A stretch of 63,902 bases of DNA, filler included, from Trichosphaerium sp. ATCC 40318 (lineage: Eukaryota > Protista > Tubulinea): NCBI GenBank assembly GCA_038496445.1. It is 3 parts of 3 records of this genome, joined end to end, with 100 filler letters (N's around TTAATTAATTAA, not from the genome) between each part and the next. Parts side by side here need not be neighbours in the genome. Positions count along the whole stretch, not along the records: positions 1 to 29,064 come from JALMLS010000454.1; 2 more parts are not named here. One strand, written 5' to 3'. The notes under the pieces were generated by a model. It was given only the letters and a program-made list of their open reading frames with translations. It ran no database searches and was not told the DNA's origin. This document shows, one piece after another, positions 12,615 through 23,889 of this stretch. Position numbers and translations under genes: made by a program. The first letter of the stretch is position 1; each line of letters opens with the position of its first letter.

Positions 12615-15600
12615 ATGTCAGGCACTCCGGTTACCGAATTGGAAAAACAGATTAAAGCTCTACAAGCTGAAGTTATCGAAGCCAAACGAAGGGAATCCCA
12701 TACCTTCTCCACAACTGCTTTTTCTCTCCCTTCAAATATTACACCTCGTTCGGCGGATAGAAGACAACGTCTACAAACGACCACGACTCTTCGAGCTCCT
12801 CCGATGCCTAATATTTCACAAGAAGTTATTGCGAAAATACAAAGATCCGCATTAAAGCAGGCGCGTGAAGAAATCGGCGACCTGGAAACAGATGCTACAG
12901 ATGTCGAAAGAACAGACCACGCCGAGAACGTTGAACGGAAAACTCGTACCTATTTCATGATGCAATTTCAAAAGTTCTTCAAACAAAAACAATTGGAACT
13001 GATTCAGTCTCAAAACTTCGAGGCTGTTGAAACCGATTTGGATGCTGATGCTGTCGAGGATAGTATAACTGGCGATGGTAATGGCACCGAGCCTGCACCG
13101 ATACAAACACATCCTTCCTTCATCCCTATGATGTCCAACCTGGAGCAAGACTTCACTTCTTTCTCGGGTTCTGCTGATGAGAACGTTCACATCTGGATTC
13201 AAGATGTTCGTACTCGTTGTTCTAAATTATTCATGCATGATGCTATGTGCGTGGCGTTTATTGAAGACCATCTAACGTCCCACGCTAAACTTTGGTATCA
13301 AGGATATGTCCGTGGGAAAGAAGTAACAGCGGATCAACTATTGGCGGCTCTTAAACATTTCTACAGCAGCACTGGTGAAGCAAGGAAGTTCCGTCAACTA
13401 TTCAAGCGCTTCTATCAGGGGAATCTTTCAGTTCGAGACTACGCTGCATCCAAATCTGCGAAAGCTGCCTACGCTCACCTTCCCCTAGATGGATATTCAC
13501 AGATCGAGTCCTTCACCGACAACCTCAGAGAAGATATTCAGACTCAATTATATTGCAGTGCTTTTGGTTGCGAATTCGACACTTGGGATAGTGCAGTCAA
13601 GGCCGCTATCCGTATAGAAGAAGGCCTTGAACGTATCAGCAGAAACAAGAAGCGGATACAAAGAAACAGAGGACCTACAAACACTCCAAAACCGGCGAAG
13701 CAAACAAAAACCGGTTCGAACTCCTCAAAACCTACAACTCGTTTCACGATGGATCAGAAGAAAGATAAATCCAAATGTCCAGATCCTAACAACGAGTATA
13801 TGAACAAATGGTGTGATAATCATGGTTATTGGTGTGCTCACACAACGGATAAATGTCGTAAGAAACCACCAACGACCACTCTCAACTCCATCAAGACGCC
13901 TCAACAGATTGACACCGAACCGAAGCGAAAACCTCCAACGCGACCGATGGATTACGATATTCAAGCTGGGATGCCTCGTTTCGACTCTCCTCTCTCGCAA
14001 GATCATCCTACAAATTTTGACTTGCGTTCTAAGGCAGTTATCACCGAGATAATGCCTCCTGGCCAAAATTACGTGGAAATACGACTCAACGGTACTCCTA
14101 TTACCGCTCTTGTCGACACTGGCGCTGATAGATCGGTTATCTTGGCATGCGCTCTCAATCTGATCAACCCTCCGTATTCTCTCGAGGATGCTAATGTGAC
14201 TGGCACAGTAGCATCAGGTGGTACTGTTCAATTCAACCACCAGACCTCTCCTCTCCAACTCTCGCTGGCTCCCAACATTGTAGTCAACGCCTCCTTCCTC
14301 GTTGCAGATGAATTAAGTGATATCTGTATTCTTGGCAACGATATCTTGCGACAACACAACATTGGAATCTTTCCTCAACGCAGTATCCTACTGGTCAATG
14401 ACCATTTTGAAATTCCTTTAATTAACAAACCTTACGTTCCAGAGAACAGTTTAAAGCAATCAGTGCTGAAAGCTGAAGATGATGTGGTGGTGTATCCGAA
14501 GGAAACAGTGGTGTTGGCTCTAACTACAAACGTCACCCAAGGGATCACTGGAGTTGCGAACCTCTCCAAACGCCTGCAACTTGAGGGATTGGCTGGAGCC
14601 TGTGTTTTAAACACTGTCGATAAACGGAGAGCTTATTTGCAAGCCACCAACTTATCGAATCGCTCTATCTACCTTCAAGCAGGTCAAAGAGTTGGGCTCT
14701 TCAAACCTTTGCGAGCGACTACACAGATTAGTTGCCTCTCTTCTCAATTCCCTGAAGATTCATCAGATGCGTCGGTGGATCCAGTGAATTCCTCTTTCGT
14801 TAGTTCAGTTGACATAGGCAAGTCAGCTGACTCCTTGAAAGATGAACCAGCTATTGGTTTAGATTCTGAAGAAGCGTCAGTTTCTAAAGGATCTAAGTTC
14901 AATTCTGTGAAATCTGAATTGGTTGGCTCTGACGCACCCTCTGACTCTGTAACTGCAGAAGCTGGTTGCAATGATTCAGATCTTCCTGTTCCTTCTGAAG
15001 AAGATCGACAGCTTATTCTAAAGTTGTTCAATCTTGCGGATAGCTCATTGACAGCTGAGCAGTTACAACGTGCAACCAACCTCCTCGCCAAATATCTGGA
15101 TCGCTTTGAAGAAGAAATCGAAGCTCCACGACAAACTCAGGTCAAGCTTAAGATCGATACTGGCGATGCAAACCCAAAAGGACAGCCACCTAGACGTTTC
15201 CCTCCGAAGTACAGAGAATTTATCGAAGAATTCATCAACTCCTACAAAAAACGTGGCTTGATCCGACCTTCAACCTCTCCTTGGGCTGCTCCTATCGTTG
15301 TTGTACCCAAGTCAAATGGCAAGCTGAGATTCTGTATCGACTACAGACAGCTTAACGGTGTCACAAAGCGTGATGTCTACCCCTTACCACGAATCGACGA
15401 TGCCCTCGATGCTCTTTCTGGTTCAACTCTCTTCTCTACGATGGATGCCACTTCTGGATTTCATCAACTCGAGATGGATCCAGAATCAATTGAGAAAACC
15501 GCTTTCATCGATCAGACTGGTCTCTATGAATGGTTAGTAATGCCATTCGGGCTTACTAACGCCCCTCCTACTTGGCAAAGATACATGAACTTGGTCCTTG

Positions 15601-18311
15601 CTGGTCTCACTTGGAAGATGTGCTTAGTTTACATGGATGACGTGATCGTACCTTCTGTAACCTTTGAACAACATCTTGTCCGCCTAGAAGCGGTATTAAA
15701 GCGTTTTAGATATTACAACGTCACACTTAAACCTTCCAAATGCCACTTCTTTAAAACCTCTGTCGACTATCTAGGTTATGTCGTTTCGCAAAAAGGCATA
15801 TCTCCAAATCCTTCGAAGATCGAATCAGTCATCAACACGAAGGCTCCAAAGGAACCTAAAGACATACAACAATTCTTGGGATTGGTCAACTACTACGCAC
15901 AGTTCGTTCCCAAGCTCGCTTCCAAAGCAGCACCTCTTCGTGCTTTATTGAAGAAAGGTGTCGAATGGCAATGGACTAACAAGGAGATCGAATCTTTTGA
16001 GTCTATCAAACATGCCCTCACATCTACACCTTGTCTGGCTTATCCTGACTTTTCTCTCCCTTTCGAATTACATACAGACGCTTCTGATTACGGTATTGGC
16101 GCAGCTTTGGTACAAAAGGACAAAGACGGCGTAGAGAAAGTTATAAGTTACTATAGCAGATCTCTTAACACTGCCGAACAAAACTATCACACTACTATGA
16201 AAGAAGTTTTGGCGATCGTGGCTGCTGTTAAGAAGTTTAGAGTTTACCTGCTATCTCAACATTTTACTGTCTACTCAGACCACTCAGCGTTACAGTGGTT
16301 CTACAGACACAAGAATCCTGATTCGAAGATGGTTCGTTGGTCCATTTTCTTATCTCAATACAACTATACTGTCAAACATAGAGCGGGTAAGAAGAACTCA
16401 GATGCCGACGCTCTATCTTGCTCACCTATCGTACAAAATCCTGGTAAAGCTATCTACACTACCAGAATCAAATCCTTCACTATTCCTAAAGAGCCTATGC
16501 TGAAGACTTTCTATGCTCAAAGACAAGACCCAGATCTTCGCTTGTTGATAGAATTTATGCAATCTCCTAAAGCTTTTATTGGTTATGATAAGTACGAAAG
16601 ACTTAAGAAACAAGCCCAGAGTCTTTTTCTCGATGAGAATGGCATATTAAGACGACGATGGTGCCCTTCTAAAGCTCAATTAGCTGATACTGCAGAACGA
16701 GTACAGTTAGTTGTGCCACACTCTCTCAGGCACGACATTTTATCTTCTATGCATGATGATCCACTCTCAGGACATTTAGGCATTGACAAGACGTATCTTC
16801 GGTTACTACAGAAGTATTGGTGGCCTGGTGTTAAAAGAGATGTCTCATATTGGATTAAGTCCTGCAACCTGTGCCAAACAGGTAAAGTCAAACGTCAAGC
16901 TAAGGCTGGAGCACCTATGGGAACTGTCACCTCTTCTTTCCCTTTTCAGGTTATAGCTGCTGATCTTATCACTGCTCTACCTGAAACTAAGCATGGCAAC
17001 AAGAATATATTATGTGTGGTAGATTATTTCACTCGTTTCGCGATAGTAGCACCTTTGCCAGATAAGAAGTCATCAACAGTTGCACGTGTCCTTTATGAAC
17101 GTGTCATCACTCAATATGGCGCTCCACAAATATTCTTGTCTGATCAAGGCGGTGAGTTCGTTAAACATGTGCAAGAATTATTGGAGATTATCAATGTTGA
17201 CAAGCGAAGGACGTCGGCCTATCACCCACAATGTGATGGCCTAGTAGAACGTTTCAACTCTACTTTAATACAAACAGTCAAGATGTATTGCAATGAAGAT
17301 CAAAACGATTGGGACGACTATTTACCAGCTGCCACGTTTGCATACAACACAGCAGTACACGCTGAACTCAAAGAAACTCCTTTTTATCTATTACATGGGT
17401 TCAGACCAGTACAACCTTTGGATCAAGCACTTGGCGTATTACCTGTCTCAAAGATACATAGTCAGTACCTCAAAAAGGTTGCTAAAACTCTTAAAACTGC
17501 TAGACACAACGCAGTTGAGGCAAGGAGATTGGCCCACGAGAAACAAGCCAAAAGATATAACGAAAAACGGAAATCAACTTCGTTCAAGGTTGGTGACAAG
17601 GTTATCAAGTATATAGATAAACCTTTCGATTATGGTCAACCAAAAAAGCTTTCATTCGCCTATGATGGTCCTTACACGGTTGTTAAAGTCCTCAGTCCTA
17701 TTACGTACCTGCTCAATGACTGGAACGGTGACTTATTAGAATCTGCGTACCATGTGACGAAGTTGCTACCTTACCATGACCCTGCAAATCGATTATACAA
17801 TGAAGTATTGGACGATGATGATGTATTGGCTGTTCAAGATGATGATGTTGTTATTCAAGATGATACAAATATTCCAGTTAATACAGATGTTTCCACAGAT
17901 GCTTCTGTCGATAATACAAATGTTTCAAGTTCAGACAATCTAGTCCAATTTGAACAACCTTCCGACGGATTAACCTTCCTGCCTGCTATTCCTATTGCTC
18001 CCAGATCTAGATCTACTCGTAGTCGTAGCAGAAATATGGGTTCCTCTTTCAAAATGGCGCTCCATGATATGTTGGCAGATACTCTCAAACGACGAACAGA
18101 AAACAGGTTTACACACAAAGTTTTTATTCAGTACCACAAATCACTCATGGATCTCTTAACATCAGAACACTCACCTTTTGTTACTAGTTTTGATAGAAAA
18201 GAACATTTTCGTGTTCAGTTACAAAGTGTAGATAAGGCTTCAGATTTTATCTTATTTCTAAAGGTCCTGGTCGATCACTTTCATGATGTCTTCAAATACG
18301 AGCTCAAATAG
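12615..18311 (+). CDS. Single-ORF Gag-Pol polyprotein (Gag, Zn knuckle, PR, RT, RNase H, IN)
   Basis: WCDNHGYWCAHTTDKC knuckle, ALVDTGAD, YMDD, LHTDASDYGIGA, HHCC zinc finger, D-D-E core and GPY motif, in Gypsy domain order. Confidence 0.97.
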   Translation: MSGTPVTELEKQIKALQAEVIEAKRRESHTFSTTAFSLPSNITPRSADRRQRLQTTTTLRAPPMPNISQEVIAKIQRSALKQAREEIGDLETDATDVERTDHAENVERKTRTYFMMQFQKFFKQKQLELIQSQNFEAVETDLDADAVEDSITGDGNGTEPAPIQTHPSFIPMMSNLEQDFTSFSGSADENVHIWIQDVRTRCSKLFMHDAMCVAFIEDHLTSHAKLWYQGYVRGKEVTADQLLAALKHFYSSTGEARKFRQLFKRFYQGNLSVRDYAASKSAKAAYAHLPLDGYSQIESFTDNLREDIQTQLYCSAFGCEFDTWDSAVKAAIRIEEGLERISRNKKRIQRNRGPTNTPKPAKQTKTGSNSSKPTTRFTMDQKKDKSKCPDPNNEYMNKWCDNHGYWCAHTTDKCRKKPPTTTLNSIKTPQQIDTEPKRKPPTRPMDYDIQAGMPRFDSPLSQDHPTNFDLRSKAVITEIMPPGQNYVEIRLNGTPITALVDTGADRSVILACALNLINPPYSLEDANVTGTVASGGTVQFNHQTSPLQLSLAPNIVVNASFLVADELSDICILGNDILRQHNIGIFPQRSILLVNDHFEIPLINKPYVPENSLKQSVLKAEDDVVVYPKETVVLALTTNVTQGITGVANLSKRLQLEGLAGACVLNTVDKRRAYLQATNLSNRSIYLQAGQRVGLFKPLRATTQISCLSSQFPEDSSDASVDPVNSSFVSSVDIGKSADSLKDEPAIGLDSEEASVSKGSKFNSVKSELVGSDAPSDSVTAEAGCNDSDLPVPSEEDRQLILKLFNLADSSLTAEQLQRATNLLAKYLDRFEEEIEAPRQTQVKLKIDTGDANPKGQPPRRFPPKYREFIEEFINSYKKRGLIRPSTSPWAAPIVVVPKSNGKLRFCIDYRQLNGVTKRDVYPLPRIDDALDALSGSTLFSTMDATSGFHQLEMDPESIEKTAFIDQTGLYEWLVMPFGLTNAPPTWQRYMNLVLAGLTWKMCLVYMDDVIVPSVTFEQHLVRLEAVLKRFRYYNVTLKPSKCHFFKTSVDYLGYVVSQKGISPNPSKIESVINTKAPKEPKDIQQFLGLVNYYAQFVPKLASKAAPLRALLKKGVEWQWTNKEIESFESIKHALTSTPCLAYPDFSLPFELHTDASDYGIGAALVQKDKDGVEKVISYYSRSLNTAEQNYHTTMKEVLAIVAAVKKFRVYLLSQHFTVYSDHSALQWFYRHKNPDSKMVRWSIFLSQYNYTVKHRAGKKNSDADALSCSPIVQNPGKAIYTTRIKSFTIPKEPMLKTFYAQRQDPDLRLLIEFMQSPKAFIGYDKYERLKKQAQSLFLDENGILRRRWCPSKAQLADTAERVQLVVPHSLRHDILSSMHDDPLSGHLGIDKTYLRLLQKYWWPGVKRDVSYWIKSCNLCQTGKVKRQAKAGAPMGTVTSSFPFQVIAADLITALPETKHGNKNILCVVDYFTRFAIVAPLPDKKSSTVARVLYERVITQYGAPQIFLSDQGGEFVKHVQELLEIINVDKRRTSAYHPQCDGLVERFNSTLIQTVKMYCNEDQNDWDDYLPAATFAYNTAVHAELKETPFYLLHGFRPVQPLDQALGVLPVSKIHSQYLKKVAKTLKTARHNAVEARRLAHEKQAKRYNEKRKSTSFKVGDKVIKYIDKPFDYGQPKKLSFAYDGPYTVVKVLSPITYLLNDWNGDLLESAYHVTKLLPYHDPANRLYNEVLDDDDVLAVQDDDVVIQDDTNIPVNTDVSTDASVDNTNVSSSDNLVQFEQPSDGLTFLPAIPIAPRSRSTRSRSRNMGSSFKMALHDMLADTLKRRTENRFTHKVFIQYHKSLMDLLTSEHSPFVTSFDRKEHFRVQLQSVDKASDFILFLKVLVDHFHDVFKYELK

Positions 18312-18338
18312 ATGTTATCTCGCTCTGGTGTGGGAGAA

Positions 18339-18716
18339 TGTCATATACATGCGTCACGTGATCACTTAGATAGCTTACACCTATATATTCATGGCTTATT
18401 GGTTATTGTTCTGTGAATACTTCACGCTCCAACTCTTTCCTTATTCGCTAATTCTAGGTTCTTGTATTTTACTAATCGTTCACATATTGGCTCCGTGATG
18501 CTTCGTGTAGACTATGTAAACCATTATCGATGCCTATAGTCTATTGGGATGTTATTATCACGAAACTTGTTCACGAAGCCACTCGAAGTCTATTCAGGAT
18601 GTTTCACACGCCACGAGATACACTCTCTTACTAGAAACGCTCATAAAAGACCTTGTAACACGTTCATGTAATAAACAGATTTAACTACTTACACAAGCGT
18701 TACAACATCTCTTACA
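18339..18716 (+). repeat. 3' LTR
   Basis: Direct repeat of 12009-12386. Confidence 0.97.
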
Positions 18717-18837
18717 TTCTGAAGAAGGCATGGGTGCTGTGGTACCAAAGAAGCGTGTTTTAAGTATGGGAAGAAAATCAAAAAGTTAAGGTGACTTGCC
18801 AAAAAAGTAGAAAACGGTTTAGGAACTTTAACGTACA

Positions 18838-19881
18838 ATGTCAGAGAATAATAATGTAGAGGCACTGAAAGCTTTTAAGAAGCATACCGATGCTCTTGTG
18901 AATACAATAACAGAGATTGGCGCTATAAAGAGACGTTTGTACAACGTGCGGTTTGATGAAGATGTAGAGACGCGCGTTACAACACGTACAATAAACGTAC
19001 GCAACTACAAGTGTTTTTAAATAATTCTATTGTTGGTGACTGTACAATAGAACCTTGTACAAGAGTTAAAGCGTCTTGAAGACGAATTCGATAGATTAAG
19101 GGCAAAAGGAACGAAGGACTTGGAAAATGCTCTAGATCTTCCTGGATTAGGCTTCGATAAGCGCCATCTGACTGCTAGCGACAAGGGAAAACGTACGCGA
19201 ATGTTATAGATAGTTTTAATGAAATTTCACTCTGACTTCCTGCCAGTTGCAGTTTCTGGCACCATAAAGATACCAAAAACAAGCGAGGGTACGTAGTTTA
19301 TTGTACTAAACGAACTCTGTCGTATTCTGAACTAATATACTTTCATGTACAACTAACAAGCCACTATTGTAGGCGTAATTGCACTAGATAAAGAATTCAG
19401 TCCTAGGCTATTCCGTACTGAATCTACAGAGAAATTAAGTGGTAAAACACCTGCAAACAAGTGGTTGTCACTGTTTAAAATGTTCAAAGAGTGGAAGAAA
19501 GAAACATTATTTGCAAGAGCAGAAGTCATTCTGTACGAGAATTTCAACCAAAAAATAGTCATGACATGTCAATCTACAATTTTCTTTAAAACTTGATTTA
19601 CAAACAACTTAATCAATACTAGAGGTGAAGATATATATGATCTACATAATATACAAAAGATAAGTGATCGTATACTGACATTACGTCAAGCTATAATCAC
19701 ATTAAAACGTAGAGCAACAGTAACAAAATCTGAAAAACAATTACTTTTCAGACTACAAAAAAAGCTCAAAGAGATTCGTCAAAGAAAAATAGATCTAAAA
19801 AAAGCAATGACTGACATTGAAAAAAAAGAAGATCAACGAACAAAACCTGTAAACACCAAAGCAAAAACTCGAACACACTAG
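18838..19881 (+). CDS. Multi-exon coiled-coil hypothetical protein
   Basis: MSENNNVEALK.., GTACG introns, last exon GEDIYDLHNIQKISDRILTLRQ..KTRTH*. Confidence 0.5.
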
Positions 19882-20215
19882 TGTGCCTGACTGTACAACA
19901 ACAAAAAATATCAAAAGAAGTATGTCTAACTTCAGTTAATGCATTCTTTTTTTTTTTTCTACTATGTCACAAAACGACATTTCTTGTTTATCTTGAACCA
20001 ACCAAAGCGATAATTTAGGATAATTTTTTTTGTATTTTTGGTGTTTTTTCGCATTTTTTTTTCTTTTTTTTCATTTTTTTTGGTCCTAGTTTCAGTTTCT
20101 GTTACGGTGTCATCGCGTGTAACTGGAACAACCGTTGATGTTTGTGACTGGGGTACTTATGTACATATACGATATTTACAGCGAGAGCTAAGAGGAGCGA
20201 CAAAAAAAAAATAAT

Positions 20216-21171
20216 TTATGACGTGTCCATGGCAAACATTTCATCGTCTAATTAAAAGATTAAAACAATTAACGGGCCTTGTTTTCAAAGCAAACAAAAA
20301 AAAAAAATGACAAAAAAAATTGAGTCAACCAAAGCGGTCCTAACGCTCATCTTTTCTGCGTTTTAATATAATGAATAGATAACGTACCACCAGGGATATC
20401 TTTTGGTGCGACTTTAGCCTTGTCCTGCAAAAAAAACCATTATTACAGCGTTTGGTATTTTTTTAATTACTACAGTAGGCGCAGTACAAATTGATAACAC
20501 GAATGTGGAATTTGTAGCCAACTTTCGACTGAAAAAAAAAAAAAATTGCTTAAACGCCTTCGATTTTACGTAAAAAACAGTTCTTTAGCATGCAGCTATT
20601 TGTGGCGAGCAAAATCGCACAACAAGTTTTCAAATCAAGTTAGTTCGTTCCAATTTAATTGTACTTGCCTCTGCATCTTCTTCCTGAGGGGTGAAATCTC
20701 GCTTTTGTTCAACGTCACAAGTCACACCAGGAATCTGTGGCAGATTAACTGGTGGGGTTCTTGACAGTGGAGAAGCTGCCAAGCGGAGCAGACGATTTCT
20801 GTCGTATACAATTCTAGTACCTACGTGGCTTGTTAGCGCATTAAAGCCACATAAAATCCAAAACATTACAAAAATTGTTTTAAATGCAAAAAATAGAAAA
20901 ATAATAGCTTAGGTAGTGTTACAGTTAAAAAAAATGGCGGTTAGAGCCTGTTTTTGGCCTTTCGTTAAGAATCCCAACGAAGAGCTTCTTTTTTAATAGT
21001 AGCGAGATGGCTTTGTGCGCTTGCGATACCTCCAGGAGTGAAAGCGAAGAGGGTTCCACCAGGCGTTTGTGAAACCTCGTTTGGGCGCCAGCCGTCAGAT
21101 TCCCGAGCTGGTATCTGTATTGACTGACCCGTGCTCCTACCAGCAATTTGTATAGATGTGGTTGTTGACAT
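20216..21171 (-). CDS. EIF4EBP: eIF4E-binding protein (4E-BP)
   Basis: [26 protein letters not shown] (YxxxxLL motif), [16 protein letters not shown], and a spliced C-terminal TOS-like [10 protein letters not shown]. Confidence 0.9.
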
Positions 21172-21478
21172 GCTGAAGCGTTGAGAGTTTTAGCAATTCA
21201 AAGTTGAACTTAAAACCAAAAAAAAAAACCAAACTTAAGCAGCCTCATACGCATCGTTTTTGGGTATTTGAGTGCTATGTGAATCCTTTTGGGAGTTAAT
21301 AAAGGGATTCTAACTTGATTTATAAGCACTTACCAAAACAAGCTAGTAATTCTTTCAATAATTGCGTAGACTTGTTAATAGTGTGAGAGTGTGATTTATG
21401 TACAAGACACCAACATACTGGCGTCGTATTTACAACGGAAAAAAGAAATTGACGGTTTTTTTTAAAGATATCTCTTCT

Positions 21479-22173
21479 CTACTTCTCTGACGTTGTTATC
21501 TCGTGTATCCACTCGGTCCAGTCGTCAAATCCGTTATGCATTGGTTTACCCTTGAATTTCTCTAATATCTTGTCTTGTTTACGTTGCTCGAATGCTTCCT
21601 TATCCTCCCTCTTCTTACGGAAGTGGTCTCCTCTCATTTGTAGTGAGAACTTATGATCTGGAGGCGTTAGCGTCTCGATGCCAGAGTAATCCTTTTTGAG
21701 CTGTTTGGTTCCATCCTCAATCCATAATTCCTCTCTCAAGTGCTCGTCGCCTTTCCATCTTGCAAAAGGCAAGGCTTCCATTTTGTTAAAGCGTCTACAT
21801 CATTTTTATGAGTATACAACCTATATGGAACTATTAAACGTACCTGTCTTTCAGTCTGTTGACAGGTAAGAATTTTTGCGACTTGTCAAAGTCTGTACGG
21901 CTGAATAGTGGTAATGGACTTTCTACCCTTTTTCGCTTTGTTAGAGCATAATTACGCATAAAAAACGCAAAAAATAATTGAACTAGTTCAAAATCCAACT
22001 GAGTTTACTAATACTACAGTAATGTACCTCATTAAGTGTTGTTTCTTGATATCAAACATTTTTGCGGTAATTCGCTTGCGAGCGCTCTTTCTCCCTTTTG
22101 TATCCTTCAAATGCTGTCGCACCTTCCTTGATTCGGTTAAGAGCGGCCGTAGAATCGGTTTCGATGGCTTCAT
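21479..22173 (-). CDS. Basic multi-exon hypothetical protein (possibly mitochondrial ribosomal)
   Basis: K/R-rich ORFs 21988-22173 and 21479-21781 plus a middle exon joined by GT-AG introns. Confidence 0.5.
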
Positions 22174-22650
22174 TATGTATTTAACGAAATCTACGCGTAA
22201 AATACAATCTTAGGGACAGACGAAGCGTTGTAAAAGTGATCTTGCTACACTCGCTTAAAATCGCATTAAGTTTGTCTGAGCTAACCATGTGCCAGTAACA
22301 CCACCAAAATACTGTCTTTGGCAGATTACATTTATTAGCGCCACTGTGCGTAGTTTATTGTGCAATTGTATTCAGCCGTTCAGAAAATTGGACAGAAGAC
22401 AGATTGAACTATTTAAACGTATTTTTGACCGTCCAGAATATGTTGTGTGACATCGCTTGCTTACAAAGTTACTCTAAAGGTTGCACTTCACGGGTCATGT
22501 CTCGTATTAGTGTGTGAGAGATGGTCAGGTGGCGTTTCACCAGACTATTGCCTGTAAGACTTTGGCACCAAATATTATGTGTAAGAAAACCAAAAAAGGA
22601 TCGCATCCTTTGTTTCAGGTTGTAATATTTGTAGTCACTTTATTACCCAT

Positions 22651-23375
22651 TCATTGTTTCCATACATCAAGCCGTTTTGCTAGATATTGTAGTGATTCTT
22701 CTATTCCTTCACCAGTCAGTGCACTTGCACCAATGATATGCCACGGCAGTTTTAAGCTTTCTAGTCCATATTTCTCAGATATTTCTGCAACACTCAAAGC
22801 TGCTGGTAAATCCTAAGCCTGTTATGTTTGCCTTGCTTGTATGTAAAAAATTGGAAATATACTTGTTTATTGGCAATGACAAGAATGAACACATCTCTAT
22901 TTAAATTCAAAGCCTTGCATCTTACTAACTTTTGAAAACCTAAAGCATCTAAAAAAAGAGAAAAAATTAGATTCAGGCATTGTATACTCTTTAAATACAA
23001 TGTTACCTTCTTCCATGACATCTAATGCTGCACTGTCAATAACATAAACAATAGCTCTCACATGTGGATAAAAGTTATCACGGTATAAAAGTTCAACTTT
23101 GGAATTTGCCCAACGGTCGTATCTATTCTTAGTCAAACATTTATATTTTGGTCGACTTATAATTTGGCGTACTCACATAGCCGAATCGGCTTACGGGCAT
23201 ACTCCCGTTTAATAACATAATTATCTGGACTATAATGTGTAAATACTGTATACACGTCCCCACAACGCATTTTACACTCTATTTTACTTTTACCGGCATT
23301 CTCTCTCCCTGTTAGAATAACTAGCCATTCCTTAGTTACAAAGTCGTTGTAGCACTTTTTTAAAAAGGGGATCAT
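22651..23375 (-). CDS. ARF/ARL-family small GTPase-like protein with degenerate G3
   Basis: P-loop GRENAGKS, AIVYVIDS, VIANKQ/DLP, GASALTGEGIEESLQYL. The WDxGGQ position reads CEYDRW. Confidence 0.75.
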
Positions 23376-23889
23376 ATACACGTGTGGTTTAAGTAGGTGT
23401 TGTAAGTTTGTTAATGTTTTCTTTCAAAAAACACGTGACTTCATAAGGCTATTTTCATCCAGTCATTTAAGAAGTTACATTGCTGCCTTAATTGGCTATT
23501 GGTTTGTCAGCCTATATCTTCTCCAAGCAGCTCGCCATGTGACCAATACTGTATGTCTAGTCTCCAAAAAAAGCTAGTGTACAAACTGGTGGTTGGATGC
23601 TATTTTAAGCCATTTTCTATGTTTTTCATCTCGTGGTCAAGCAATGTTGCCATTGCACCGTTTTCGAACCAGACCAAATTAGATAAAGTGATGACTCCAA
23701 ATTAATTATATAAAGATGAAGTTCAACTGGGAGGTGTAATAGGTAGCAATGCTGTGGTTCCACCGTAGCTTTATTTCTGTTGCTCACAACACGCTTCATT
23801 TTGATAGTTTACCAAGTAGGGATGCTAACGTATGACAATAGTTTTGGTCTACGCAGCTTATTCACATAAACTACGTTGATTATTGTCAG

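Larger units (their letters stand above)
12009..18716 (+). mobile_element. Full-length Ty3/Gypsy LTR retrotransposon
   Basis: 378-bp TG..CA LTRs (12009-12386, 18339-18716), identical by eye. TSD TTCTG at 12004-12008 and 18717-18721. PBS TGGCGAC.. at 12388; PPT-like tract at 18326-18338. Confidence 0.97.

Noticed and set aside
12852-18118. Antisense and alternate-frame ORFs within Gag-Pol
   Set aside because: Shadow ORFs without recognisable motifs.
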